Origin: Callorhinchus milii
Lineage: Eukaryota
Direction: 5' to 3'
Length of the DNA: 64,000 nucleotides
Assembly: GCF_018977255.1 (NCBI RefSeq)
Contig: NW_024704758.1
Coordinates: 14,942,001 to 15,006,000, forward strand
The notes under the pieces were generated by a model. That model did not search any database. It was not told where the DNA came from and worked only from the letters and a program-made list of their open reading frames with translations. This document shows, one piece after another, positions 1-14,412 of the stretch. A program made the position numbers and the translations under genes. Positions within the stretch are counted from its first letter, which is position 1. Every line of letters starts with the position of its first letter.

Positions 1-222
1 TTGCTTTTCCGGGAGTAATAATCCTTTCAAAAGAAAAGCAAAATAATCTGGTCACTCGATCCACGACTGTTTGTGGGACGCTGCTGTGCGCAATTAGCTG
101 TTGCGTTTCGCCCACAAAATAGACAGCCAATTCACTTCACAGTATATCCTGTGAAGCTCTTTGAGACGTCTCGAAGACGTGATAAGGCGCCGTTCCAAAA
201 AGCAAGGATTATTATTATTATT
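1..222 (+). mobile_element. tRNA-derived Deu-domain SINE (family A), 3' half
   Basis: tggtcactcgatccacgactgtttgtgggacgctgctgtgcgcaatt...gagacgtctcgaagacgtgataaggcg...gcaaggattattattatt; recurs dozens of times in the window. Confidence 0.88.
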
Positions 223-718
223 AGAGTTGCTGGTTATAGCTGCAATGCACAGAGCTAGAATTTAGCATTGATCTGTATTCCACTTAATGCCCCCCCCGAC
301 AGTACAGAAAGGAGAGCTCCATAAACCGTCTCTCTCTGCCACACAGTCACCAAAAACAGCAACGTCAGTCCGTCACTGCGGCACCCCTCTCTAGCTGTTA
401 AGTTCAGGCTCTGATTTCAACAGATTATTTTGAAGAACGTGAGAACTGACTGACTTTGCCAGCATCTTTCCTAACTCGGTTTGTTTGGTCTGGCGATTGT
501 TTTGTTTTCCAAATCCTATTCCACCAGGATGCGACCTGAGTTTCCGAGGGCTCGCATTCCCAAGCTCCCAAGACTCCGCAGAAGATTTCGGAATCATTTT
601 CCCAGAAATTTCACTCTCGGAGGATCAAAAGATTTTCCCAGCTTCTGAGAAGCAAGCTTTTCTGTTGGGTATTTTTCCAAAACGATGCAGACAGAACAGT
701 GCCTCACAAATAATGATA

Positions 719-797
719 GTAATAACAATAATCCTTCTATTTGATATAGCGCCTTATCGTGACTTTGAGACGTCTCAAAGCGCTTCACAGAATACAC
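719..797 (-). mobile_element. SINE family A 3' tail
   Basis: Reverse complement of the family tail (aataatcctt...tttgatatagcgccttatc...gagacgtctcaaagcgcttcacagaata). Confidence 0.85.
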
Positions 798-1297
798 TTT
801 TATAAGCATAAAGGGACCATTTCCTAGCCACACTGTAGGGTCACACACAGGTCATGTTGGCTAGACCCTGCACGGAAGTTGTCTATTTGGAGTTTAATTT
901 AGTTTAATTAATCACTATAGGCCATGTGGACTAAATTCCCCTTCCCCTTCCGTATCCAGCTCCTGAACTCACTTCAGTCTGAGCTCACCACGAAATCCAA
1001 TGTGAATACGGAACATCGCAGCAGCTTAAGCAACACTAAGACATGGGCACGCTTTGGCCTCTCAAGGATCTGCTGAAAGTCTCATCATAAAGGATGAAAG
1101 CCCCAGACAATGACTGTCACACAGGAAGTGTTGTAATAATGCCTGGGTCGCTTCCTCTCGTTCCTGTTACCTGGAGCTAAACTGCTTTGGTTCTAGTCGA
1201 GTATGAACAACAAATGGAAGGAGCATGAGCCATACCTAGGGTAAGGGCCTTTCACTCACTCCCTGCTTTGGGTCGCAGTTTAGCGCAAAGGTCTGTA

Positions 1298-1456
1298 GCT
1301 CTCCCTCTTTCAAGTCCCGCCTGAAAACTTTCCTGCTCGACTGTGCTTACGGCCACCTCCCCCCCGGCTCGGAGTCACACTCTGCCACTGTTAAGCGCTC
1401 TGAGACGCTACCCAGAGTGGAGGACGCTATATAAGTGGTAAATTGTCGTTGTTGTA
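1298..1456 (+). mobile_element. L2-type LINE 3' end fragment
   Basis: Encodes SLPLFKSRLKTFLLDCAY (L2 ORF2 C-terminus), then a stem-loop tail and (gtt)n. Confidence 0.7.
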
Positions 1457-2228
1457 GCTAGTTGAGCATGTTTACTGGTATTATTGTCATGGTGAGTTTC
1501 CAGAAGATCTGGATCACAACGGCAAATCCATTAACTCCTTAAGAGAATGAATGTGCAGTTGACCCAACCGGGGTGAGCTCAACATGAATTTATAACGCTA
1601 CCTTATAAGTGAAGTGGTTAAGAATACTTGTTACCAGCTCGAACACCATCTGACCAGTTGTCTTAGTTTCCACGTGGACTATTTCTTTTGCTTTGGACAC
1701 CGAGCGGGTGCTGATAATACCGGTCAGATGGGACTGGCTGTGAGGTGGCGCTGAAACTGATACATTGCTAAAAGTGACCCCATTTGCTGGCTGAACGGAC
1801 CTGACTTCATGCCTCTTCTTTCATTGTTACCTTTGCCATTATACCTCACGTTACCAGGCTCAGCATCTCCTCAATCAAATCATCAGCCCTGACTGTTCGA
1901 CCTGTGCGTCTTCCCCAAAGTAGACTGTCGAGGCATTTACTGGTCCCAGTTGAAAAAGAAGATCTCATAGGGTAACCTCAGTGACTCCGAACTGTTTTGA
2001 GGGCTTCTGTTCATTTTGACCTCCATCTCGGAGAAGGCAGGGTGTATCCCAAGCAAGGATCCCAGAGGATGGAAGGGTATGATCACAGTCTTGGAGGAAG
2101 CCTCCATTCGAAGAATATCTGAGACTCCAATAGGTAGTTTTATATAATAATGCAAGGATTATTATTATTGTCGTTTCTTAAATCCAAATTTATTTTTTCT
2201 TTAAAAAGGATTTTAAATTTTTTTTAGG

Positions 2229-2541
2229 TACAGTAAACTTGTGATAACTCCATCTTGACTTAGCTTGTCACAGCCACTTAAGTCATCAGGCTTTCAATAT
2301 ATTGGCTTTATTTAGTTATTTATTTATGTACTGTAAACTCCTGATCCCAAAATACATAAATAAATGCAGCCGGGTTATTGACAGCATGATGGTTTAAGTG
2401 ACGGTGACAAGTTAAGCCAGGATCGATTTATCAGAAGTTTATTATATTGATACATAGGCCTAACTCGCCAATCCTGATCACTCGCCACTAAACTAACCCT
2501 TGTCCTTTGGAGTGACGAGTTAGTTATCGGGAGTTTACTGT
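2229..2541. mobile_element. Palindromic MITE-like element (Tc1-mariner/pogo-like ends)
   Basis: ta-CAGTAAACTtgtGATAACT at 2229 and AGTTATCgggAGTTTACTG at ~2522-2540; ~90-100 bp imperfect inverted arms 2231-2330 and 2353-2441. Confidence 0.65.
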
Positions 2542-4183
2542 GTTTTGCTTAGCTAAAAGAAAAAAAAAATGTTAAGACTTGAATGCTCTCATTTGTTTGT
2601 TTCAACATCCTAAACGTAAGAATTCCCAGAGTTGGGGTGGGATGTATCACTGCCCACACGTGTGTTGAATAAGCATTGACCTGAGCCAGGAATTTCCTCA
2701 TACATATTATTTTACTGGGTGTGTACATACCTCAGCGCTGGCAATGCTAAGATAATTTGCTTTTGTACTGTGGCACTAAAAATAAAAATACTCTTGTTTA
2801 TATGTGACATACCTCCCAAGGAATTAGAATGTAAACTCGTGTTGCTCGTGTCGCCCATCTCAGGCGCTCTGGGATGCTACCCCGCACATGAAGGGTGCTA
2901 TATAAATGTAATTAGTTGGATTTTTGGGGGTTTGGGAGGGGGGCACTTATCAACCCAACCTGCTGCCTTGTTCTGTCCCGGTGCTTGAGGCGTCTTCCCC
3001 ATGTGAAAGGCGCTGTATACAGACGTAATTTGTTGTTGAAAGTAAACAGTTTTAGAAATAAAAAGCTGTTAATGCGTGTTCTAGAATCATGGCAGTTCTG
3101 GGTTAATTTTAAAACTCATTGTGATGTGAACAGAAGCTTAACCCCACCCCACCCACCGCTGCTCTGGAGCCCACGAGGGGAGTGGGGCGGCCACACGTCG
3201 ACTCAGCACACCAGCCACCGGCACAAGGTGGTCTGGTCAATGCCATGTTATCGGAGGGTTTGTGTCAGGGGTCAGTGAGTCCCAGTGGTTACCAGACCTG
3301 ACAGTGGCCTTAGCTGTCACTGGCTGCTTTGTTCACAAGATTGGTTTGGGTGAAAAAGGCCCATCGCTGTATCTGACCTCATCCTTTCAGATTACCCACC
3401 TGAGAGTCTTCCCATCACAGCATCGGGAGTCCCCGTGTCCTGGTCTTAGCTAACCAGTTATTGAAGTCAGCCAGGAACTCGCTCCACTGAGGTCCAGCAC
3501 TGCCTGCTCGATAAGAATCATTCTTGGATGGGAATGAGATGTTCCTTTCGGTCAGTCGCCCGGTCAAATCGAACTTACCTGTTCAACACTGGGAGCTTTC
3601 TGTTTGTAAATCATTAACCTCAGTTGCGGTTGGTGGATGAAATCAAGGTGCTCGATACAAACCGCCCTCTGGAATGTTCCCAGTGGTTGTTGCCTGTCAG
3701 GCCTGATCTCATTCTGTAGATCCTGGTGAGTTCTGGGCTGTAGGTGAGGCAGTAACCTCTGAGTTAGTAGTCCACATGCTGTACTTTGGAGATGTTTGAA
3801 GAATCCAGCAGGAGTGGGATTTACAGTGAACCTGACTGTCGTGGCCAGTTTTCAGCCTCAGTCCCAGGGAGCACCAATTTGAGACTGTTATTACTGGGGG
3901 CGGTTAACTTATGATATGGACGTCTGTACGATCCCTGTAGTTAATGGATGTAGCGTTTCAATGATTGGAACTGTTCTGTGCATCATTCCTGTCATGCAGT
4001 CTGGGGGTAACCAGCTTTAAACCATGATTGTCCCAGTTTGGAGAGACTCAAGCCTGTTTGTTGCTATTTGAGCATCTTGAGTTGCTGCTCACTTGGCCTT
4101 GTTTTCAACCTATGAAATGTTTTGGCTTTGAACGTGAAGGCAGCGTTAATGGGAGTGAGGTGGGCGGGTGGGGGACAGGTTAG

Positions 4184-5371
<1,188 letters not shown>

Positions 5372-8300
5372 TGAGTCTTGTCTCTGTGCCTGTTTCGAGC
5401 TCTCTGTGTCCAGCGAGGGAAGGGGGCAGAAGCTTTCTCGCTCTTGAAACTGAACGGGGTCAGACGGGACTGAGTCGTGCAGATAGTCTCCTTTTGCCAA
5501 ATGGCGGGCCATGGTAGGGGGGCAAAAGGAAGGCGGTGGTGAAAAAAGAGCGTGTATTGACCGCTGTGCTGGGAAATGTGTGTGGCGTAAACCCTTTGGA
5601 GGCGTTTAGTTCCCTCAGTTAAGTTGTGCTGTTTCTCCTCCTTCCCGAGAGGAGGCAGCGGGTGGTGGAGTGGGTGTGCAAATCGGAAAGATAGGGAGGT
5701 ACGAGTGCATGAAGGGATTTGAAGACGAGCGAGAGGATCTTGAAATCGATCCATTCGGTAACTGGAAGCCAGTGGAGCCTGACACGGACTGTGTGATGGG
5801 CAGTGTAGCCTCCCGTTTATCGGCCTGCTGTCGGGTTGACCTTAACCTCTTTGTGAATTGGTTATTGACGATAAAAAGGTTCTTGTTAAGTGGATAGTTG
5901 CTTGCTCAGCCAAAGTGCCTTTTCCTTAAAATAGAGCTTTGCTACGGATTCTTCAGCTACTGGGTTTCAGGTACTTCTGAGAGATTGCTTCCTGCTTCAT
6001 GGTGGGAAATATCCATTCCCCCAACGCATCCATTGGGCTGTCACTCTTTAACAAGAGCCAGGCATCGCCAACCTCACTCACCACTGTACAGGTTTAATAG
6101 GACTTGCGCTTTTCTAACTTGACCCAGACTGTGGCATTGCCGAGGGCAAGTGCTTGGCTCAACATTGTGAGCAACAGGGACATGTCACTAATTTCTCCTT
6201 CACTGGAGCGTGAAGTTTAAAAGGAAATGATGGTGTAAATTTGCAGCGCTCGGGAAAGCTAATCATGTGGTGGAAAATGACAAAGTGGATGTCACCAATA
6301 AATCAGAGGTACTTAGTGTCACCTTTGGGGTCAGCAGTGTTGAATCTAGAAATCTATCCGTCCAATTCCCCCCCCACCCAACTTCAAAGACTGCCTCAAT
6401 GCTTAACTTTTTGACTGTGCTTTCGGTGTTCATTTCCCAACCCTCACCCCCCTCCCTCCCCCCCAGCTTGGTCACCAGTGTAAAGCACTTGTGAAAGATG
6501 CTGCTTAAATGTGTGTTGTATTGTACTGTTGACGAACTAGACCTTGGGTGCGAAAGTCCATTTTGTTCATTCTGTGTTGTGATTTTCGACATGTTTACGT
6601 GGTATATAGGAAGAAATCACCCTTGAGTTAAAAATTAATCACAGTAATAATCCTGGAGATGCTTTAAACCTGCTCATCATGCCAGTCTTGTGGTGGTGGT
6701 GTGGCAGTGGGATACTTTCCTGTTTAAAAGTGGCTTCTTTCCAAGCTTTCTCTGTGGCTTATTCTCCATATCCTGGCTGCTGCCCATCAGTTATCATATA
6801 TATTTACCTTTAAACAAGCAGCAAGCGAGAGGACCTGGATTTGATTCCCGGGCTGGGCGAAACATTAAGCAAGTTTCCTTATTCCACAAGCCGCAGAGCA
6901 AGGGAAAGTGCTTCCCACCTCAATAACTGAATAAATACGCTGCTGCTTTAAGAAATAAAAAGGTTAGCAGTTGAGTAGATGAATGAAAGAAGGCAACTGT
7001 TGGGTCCAGATTCCAGTCTTGTGGTCAGGCCGAGTGTACATCAGCAGCGACCATAGCAATGAATGCAATCAAAAGAGAAAACACAAGTGTGGCTTGGACA
7101 GCCATACAATACAATTGGTCCCCGATGCAGCCAGGCGTGCTCTGAAAATGCCTTGTATGTCTTGAAAGAAGGAATGAATGATCCTGTTGGCGTTGTGGTT
7201 ACAGTGTTTGCCCACAAAGGTGGTCAGTGCACTTGACCAGAATTAATTGTGGAAACCTTTGACGTGTGACTTACATCAGGACGGTGGCTCAAAGCGCTTC
7301 ACAGGGTATAGTGTAAAGTGTAGTGACTGTGTATCTGAGGGGGAGCATAGGCTGTGTTCGGCTGGGACAGACAAAGCTCTTGACTAGGCCCTCTGGAGAG
7401 ACGTCTGGCTTAATAGGAAAGTACAGCGAGTGCTGTGGATGAGGTATGTTTGCAGAGAGCTTGCATCAGCCCGACTGTTGGCCAGAGTCCCATGTGTTGC
7501 TGCTCATTGAACAGTTAAAAGCCTATTTAAGGAGCTGAAGGCAGCATCGAAGGATCCTCAAGGTAGTGTTGTACTGTTGCTCAGTTAGTCCCTCAGCCTC
7601 ACATGAAGAGTCTCCTGAAGCAGTCGTTTCAGTTTCAATTGTTCTTTCAGTGGGTCGATTCTTTACTTGATGGAGACCTTTATAAAGCGCTTTCAGACGT
7701 CACGATAAGGCACTATATCAAATGCAAGGATTATTATTATCATTACTACCATTTTCCCCCCCATTTGACATATTCCTCTCTGATGCTGGTTTGGCCTCTT
7801 ATCATTGGGATGTGATCCCAATGGCACTGATTGCTTTTCAGTCCCCACCCTCCTCCGAACCATTCTTAGCATTCTTGCAATTCTTCCAAGACCTGTCTGG
7901 CACATTCCACCATCGGGGTACAAAACTAAACCACTTTTTTTTAAAGTGTTTTGTAGGCCTAATGCGGCAGCCAATTGCGCACGGCAGTGTCCCACAGACA
8001 GCTGTGGATTGAGTATTATTATTATTTTTGAAGGGATTATTACATCACATTGCTGCAGTCAGCTTCTTCCAACCTCTCCTTTGTAAATGTTCCTTTGCTG
8101 ACTGATACCAAAATTATTTCCTGTCCATTCGCATTCTCTCTCTCTCTCCTTTCACGTCCTCCTCCTATCTTTCACTCCTCCTCACCATCTCTTCTCCCTC
8201 TCACACAGTCTCTCTCCCCATCTCCCCTTTTTTGTCTCTGCCTTCCTCTCACTCCCCACCCACTCCCGTTTCTCTCCCACCGTATCTCCCACTTTCTCTC

Positions 8301-9435
8301 TCTCTCTCGTGTACCTATACCAATCATGAATTATGGATAATTCAGTGAGCCAGCCTGGGGAATGGATAACCCTGTTGTGCTCTCTATCAGTGTCTGTAAA
8401 TCAGGTTTACTGAAACGGTGCTGTTTGAACAGTGTCCGTATTTCATCTCTGCAAAACTCCAGCAGGTCCGACTATTTCCTAATGTTTGTAGCTGATTGTG
8501 AGAAAATGACTGCAACATTTCTGCGTTTATCTGCGTTTGCACATTCCATGGTGTTTTTCTTTCCGTAGCTGCCTCTCAGTCAGACACAGGCACTCAGACA
8601 CACATACACAATGACAGCCAGACACACACACACACACACACACAGACACAAAATCAGCCACACCCGGAAGAATTGATAGACAGACTAACAAGTGCACAGA
8701 CTGAAAGTCAGAAATAAGGGGACATGGATCTAGATTGTGTGTATGTGTGTGAGAGAGAGAGACTTATTCCTATGTGGAGATCGTGAAAAAAAATTGGTGA
8801 AAAAAACCTCCTTCTTTGTGACCTTAATTTTTTTTAACTAAATCCATGGTTTGAAATGTAATAAAACAATTTGTGAATGAGAGTGTCGGGCACCTTGCTC
8901 ACTGACTGATCGCTCCTCTCATTTCTTGGAACATTTTGCCTGCTCGTGCCATCCTGCGTCTTCTTGGATGTAAACAGGAAGCTCAGTTCTCTTCCCACGG
9001 CTGTGCCATCTGGCCTCCCCCAAATCTTTGAGCAGATGCCCAGTGCTCGCCAGGGAGGCTCTGTCAGCCTCAGCCCATGGACCAGTGTGGAAGAGAACAG
9101 GCTGCTTAAAATAGGGCGATGGGGGAAGTGAAGGGAAGGGTTGGTGGCTCCTGCTTGTTGACGACTTTGGATGGTGAGAATAGCCTGTTGGAAATGTGAA
9201 TGGAGCCAGAAGTGAATGCCACTGGGGCCGTCCGTCATCATGCTCAAGGTCAGCTTGTTCTAAACGGAGCTCCTGTGTGTGTGAGAGTGTGTGTGTGAGA
9301 GAGAGAGAGATTGGCTCTAACTTGGTTTGCGTTGGGGCTTGTGTGACGTTTGAGAAGATGGAGGAGTTTAAGCCAAGGCGCTGCAAGCTCCTGTTCACTT
9401 CTGTTTCAGCACCTAATAATAATAATAATAATAAT

Positions 9436-9665
9436 AATTTGGTCACTCAATCCACGACTGTTTGTGAGACGCTGGTGCGCAATTGGCTGCTGCGTTTCGT
9501 CCGCAAAATATACAGTCGATTCACTTTACAGTGTATCGTGAAGCACTCTTGAGACGTCGCGATGAAATGATAAGTCGCGATATCAAATGCAAGGATTATC
9601 ATTATTACTTTGGGATGTCCTCCTGACATGAAAGACGCTGTATAAATGTAATTTGTTTGTTGTTG
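9436..9665 (+). mobile_element. SINE family A 3' half followed by an L2 tail
   Basis: Family consensus to ~9607, then tttgggatgtcctcctgacatgaaagacgctgtataaat...(ttg)n. Confidence 0.85.
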
Positions 9666-10680
9666 TTTCTCCTCTGCACTGAGGCTTGAAGCTCGGCGTC
9701 GATGCCTACCTTTCAGCTGCTGTTGTGTTCGTGCCCTGGGGCTGGGCGAGTCCCCACTGCCTTACAGTCAACTGGTGCCTGAGGGAGGTAGTTAGGTCGA
9801 AATGCAAAGAGTGAGTGGGCCAGAGCGGAGGAGGCTGCTTCCTTCTGGTTGATGTGGACAATGCAATATGTTTTATTATATTAAAGACCTTCAGTAACTG
9901 GAGTTAAGTAACTGGAGAATAAGCAGACTGGCAGCCACAGCACCACCACATGGGTCTCGAGACCACCTGTAGACTGTGCCCCCCCCTAACCACACACACA
10001 CGCACATACACATACATATGTACTGCACTCGACTGAGCTCAAAACCTCTGACCCAAAGACGGGAGCGTTACCAACTGAGCCATCTGTTGATTATCTGTTG
10101 AGTAAATAGAGGTCTTGCATGGACTGAAATGCGTGTATGTCTGCAAAGCATAGTGATGTGGAAACACAGTACTTTACCCATTGGTTAATGGGATAGTAAA
10201 TCACAGGTTTGGTTGGCACAAGTAGGTATCTTTATAAACGGCCTCCCTCGCACACCTGTGATTAATATTTCTGCCACTTGCACGGGCTGGTAATCGACCT
10301 GTTATTAGGCATTAACTGTACCTTCCTCTAACTCGTTGCCAAGGTACAGGGTGCTCAGCTGTCCACTCTGTGTAAACAATGCAAATACACTCTGTTGCAC
10401 CCATTTTAAACTGACGTGGGGCCTGGCGGCTTTCCTCAGACCTGCCGTTCCCTTTAGATCATGAGGAATTGTAAAGAGCTGGCCATCCCTGTAATTTGAT
10501 TGACGATATGCTGGTGCGTGCAAAAACAATGGGAAATAAGCATCACATCTTGATGACCCACATTAAAGACGATACAAAAACCCTTCCTGCTTTTATTGGG
10601 GGCATTCTTGTTACCTGGATAAAATGGGAGCCTAATGATATGAGGTGGAGTTACTGGCAGCCCTGTGTTCATGCTCTGTA

Positions 10681-10856
10681 TAATAATCCTTGCATTTGAT
10701 ATAGCGCTTTTCGTGTCTTCGAGATATCTCAAAACGCTTCACAGAATATACTGTAAAGTGAATTGACTGTATATTTTGTGGACGAAAAGTGGCAGCCAAT
10801 TGCACACAGCAGCGTCCCCACAAACAGTCGTGGATTGAAGTGACCAATTTTATTAT
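10681..10856 (-). mobile_element. SINE family A 3' half
   Basis: Reverse complement of the family consensus. Confidence 0.88.
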
Positions 10857-13800
10857 TGCTTATTTTTCTTGAGGGATTGTTATCAGGCTATACTATACTA
10901 TGGTATGTACTATACTATCCAGGTCCTTAACTTGGAAACAGAATCTTACTGTCGATACGTACTACCAGGTAAATTGAAATCCAGCCCCTCTTCCTCCGCA
11001 ACCTTGACTGTTTGTAAGCCAGTTCACCGTTATTTAATCAGAAGCACAATCTCACAGGGAAGCAACAATACACCTCTCTCTATGTTGAAATGGCCAATGG
11101 TTGACTCTGACTCCAATAGTGCAAGTCAGCATGAATACCCAGTGCTGGTGGTATGTGTTACAGCATAAACCTTGTGGCTTGCCAGATAATCGGATATGTC
11201 TGCGCACATGCGGCTGTCGGGCAAGCTGGCTTCGTAAGGAGAAGCTCACAATCACTGTGCTGTGCGTCAGTATTGTGGTATTTTTTTTTCCTTTGAAACG
11301 CAAGGTTTTTTCTTGTACGTTTGCATGTCATTGTGTCCTCTCAAGACTGGCGCGCTCTTTTCAAACTGCACCGCGGATCTACAACGTCCACCTGAACAGG
11401 CAGACGAGACCTCGGTTGAACATCTCATCAGAAGGAAGGATGCAAAAGAACAACCAACCGAGCCAGCCTGAATCGGAGCTGAAAGCATTTGGAGCCTCTC
11501 TCGCTGTTGTTTTGAGAAGTGACCTGTTTCGGAGTATTGAGAGTAACAAGAGATGCAACAGAGCGATATACATGTGGGGCTTTGCATGTGGAACGATACT
11601 GAGGCCTACCTCTTCAGTCACAAAGACACTTCAGTGTTGCAGTGTTTGGAGGTCACAGTGAACTCTATTGAAATGAGATCGGATGGGGAATTATGTTAAG
11701 AAGCCACACTGAGGTATCATTTGATGTCACGGATTCAAATGTGGACTTACACAAAGACAATAAGGGCATACGCGCACTGGGTTAAATCTCCGCCTTAGGT
11801 AACATGTAAACTAATCCCCTCTCGCAGCATCTGGACTTAAGGCAACACAGCGAGTTCACAGGAGGATAGAGTACAGAGCGTGTAACGTTTTATGTATGGA
11901 CTGTAATAAGTGCAATTGCTTTATGGCAATACATGAATTGAGACTTGGCCTAAATCCAGAGCATTTAGACACAGACACACATACACGCACACACACGTAC
12001 CTGCTCGCATTGAACTCTGGCTTAAAGTAAAGTGACTGACATTAGCCCAGGATTGAGGTCATTTCTTTTGTTGGTTGGGATGGGCGAACATTGAATAATT
12101 TATGTGGGCAACAAAAATAAAATGAACCTTCAACAACAGCACTTTTAGAGGCTCAGCCAGTGTGGGTGAGGACAGGAGCAAGCAGATCTGTGACACCCTC
12201 CTTTGCTAACTTGGTATTTGATTGGCACAGAAGATGTGATAAGGTGCTAAATCAAATGCAAGGATTATTATTATTACTATTATTAAATAATATTTCACGT
12301 TGCCTCCTGTCTCTTCATTTTTTTATTATTAACAATAATCATTAATAGTAATTTATAATAATAATGATCATAATCCTTGCATTTGATATGGAGGACATCT
12401 TAAAATGCTTCACAGGATAAAGTGCTGTGTCCAACGCCTTGGGATGTCCTCCCTACATGAAAGGCACAAAACAAATGTAATTTTGTATTGTATTGTGTGC
12501 TCCCGAACCAGGGCTTTGGGAGGCTGGGCTCTCCTGGCAAAGATTCCTTCTGTTGCTGACTTCATTGTAGTATTGTAAGCATTTTCCTAAACAAAATGCC
12601 CACCTTAGCTGAGGCTGTTTTGGAAAGTGGATTCCTTGGTGCGGTCACAAGGAAGTTTCCCACCATCCCTCTCCTCTGCTCCCCTCCCCCCCTCCTTTTT
12701 CCCCGGTCGAGACAGCTAAATAGCCTGGTCCTGGCTTTTGCTCCTCCGCTTGGGATGTATATTTTTAATATATAAAATATATATTTATATAAAATATGCA
12801 GTATATTCTATGAAGCGCTTTTGAGACGTCTCGGAAGACGTGATAAGGCGTTATGTCAAATGCCAGGATTGTTAACTATTATTATATTTGTCTGGCTCCG
12901 CTGGCACCACGTCACCAAACAGGGGTAAAGCTCGGAGACGTGTAGCCTCCATTCCGTTCCATTCTCGGCAGCAGAACCTCTCTGAACTCCACCGCTCGTC
13001 TCCTTGTGAAGCATGACTCTAGCCTGATTGTGTCTGAACATGTTGGTTGAAGCCTAAATTACATTCCCCCCCACATCCCCCATCTGTACTGGGAGGGAGG
13101 AATAACTCAAATATAACCACAGGGAGAGGAGCCGGGTTCCTTTGGATCAATGGACATATTTGGAATTGTTGTGGTCTGCTGCCGTCTATTTTAAATAGTT
13201 TTGGGGAGTGTGGAACTAAAACCATTTGAAATATTGTAAGTACTGAAAAAGGCGGTGGGGGGAGGGGGAGAGAAACAGTCACAGTGAAACCACGTCTGGT
13301 CTGATTATTAATGAATAAACTTCAACATCAATGGATATTTGCTGCCTTGTGTGTATTTCAGTGTGTGTGTGAATTTCCGTGCGTGTGTGTGTGTGAGAGT
13401 GCATTTCTTTATATGTATGTGTTGTGGGGGGTGAGAGTGAGCGTATTTCACTGTTTGTTGTGGGGGGTGTGAGAGTGAGGGTATTTCAGTGGGTGTGAGA
13501 GTGAATGTAGTTCAGTGTGTGTGTGGGTGGGGGGTGGAGGGGGTGAGTGTATTTCAGTGCGTGTGTGTGTTGTGAGAGTGAGTGTGTTTCTGTGTGGGTC
13601 TGTTTGTGTGTGTGGAAGTCATTGAGTTTGCATCCAGGAGCTTATTTGGATCATGTGTAAAAAACAATGGTGTAATATTGGGGACATAGTCAAGATTGTA
13701 ATCTGCTGCCTGAGTTCACTAAGTCAACTATTCCTTAGTTCATTTCTGCCGTTGGCTCCAGTCTGTTACGATATATAACCATAATAGACTGGCGCGGCAC

Positions 13801-14227
13801 AATTGGGTGTACGGAGTTATTCTGGAGGCAGGTCAAAGCTTGCCAGTATTTTTCCATGAATGTAGAACTCAGGGTTGAGTGCTGCAAGACTGAGCCTCAT
13901 GATTTTTGTTGGTTGTGCTGATTAAAAGGAGGTGTGGGGTGCAGGTTATACTCTGCTGTCTTACCCTGGGGCAGTGAGTGGGCTTCAGTCAGCAACAGAC
14001 ACACTACAGACAGGACGAATGCAACTCTTCCCAATCCTTCATAAAGTCAAGCGACTGCCAGGATGGTGGAAGACGAACTAGGCGGACCTTGGTCTTCGTT
14101 CGACCGACAAATTCTTATAAGGGCGACCCGTTATAGTGTGCTCGCCTGGAAGCAATGTCTCAAATATCATGTTAAAAGGAGTGCGAAAAAAAAAAGGCCC
14201 AACTTCCAGGTGGTCAGGTTGCCCACT

Positions 14228-14412
14228 GATAATAATAATAATAATCCTTGCATTTGATATAGCGCTTTTCACGTCTTCTAGACGTCCCAAAGCGCTTCAC
14301 AGAATATACTGTAAAGTGAATTGACTGTATATTTGTGGGCGAACGCGGCAGCCAATTGCGCACAGCAATGTCCCACAAACAGTCTTAGATTGAAAATGAC
14401 CAATTTATTATT
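14228..14412 (-). mobile_element. SINE family A 3' half
   Basis: (aat)n-ccttgcatttgatatagcgc...gcagccaattgcgcacagc...gaccaa. Confidence 0.88.
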
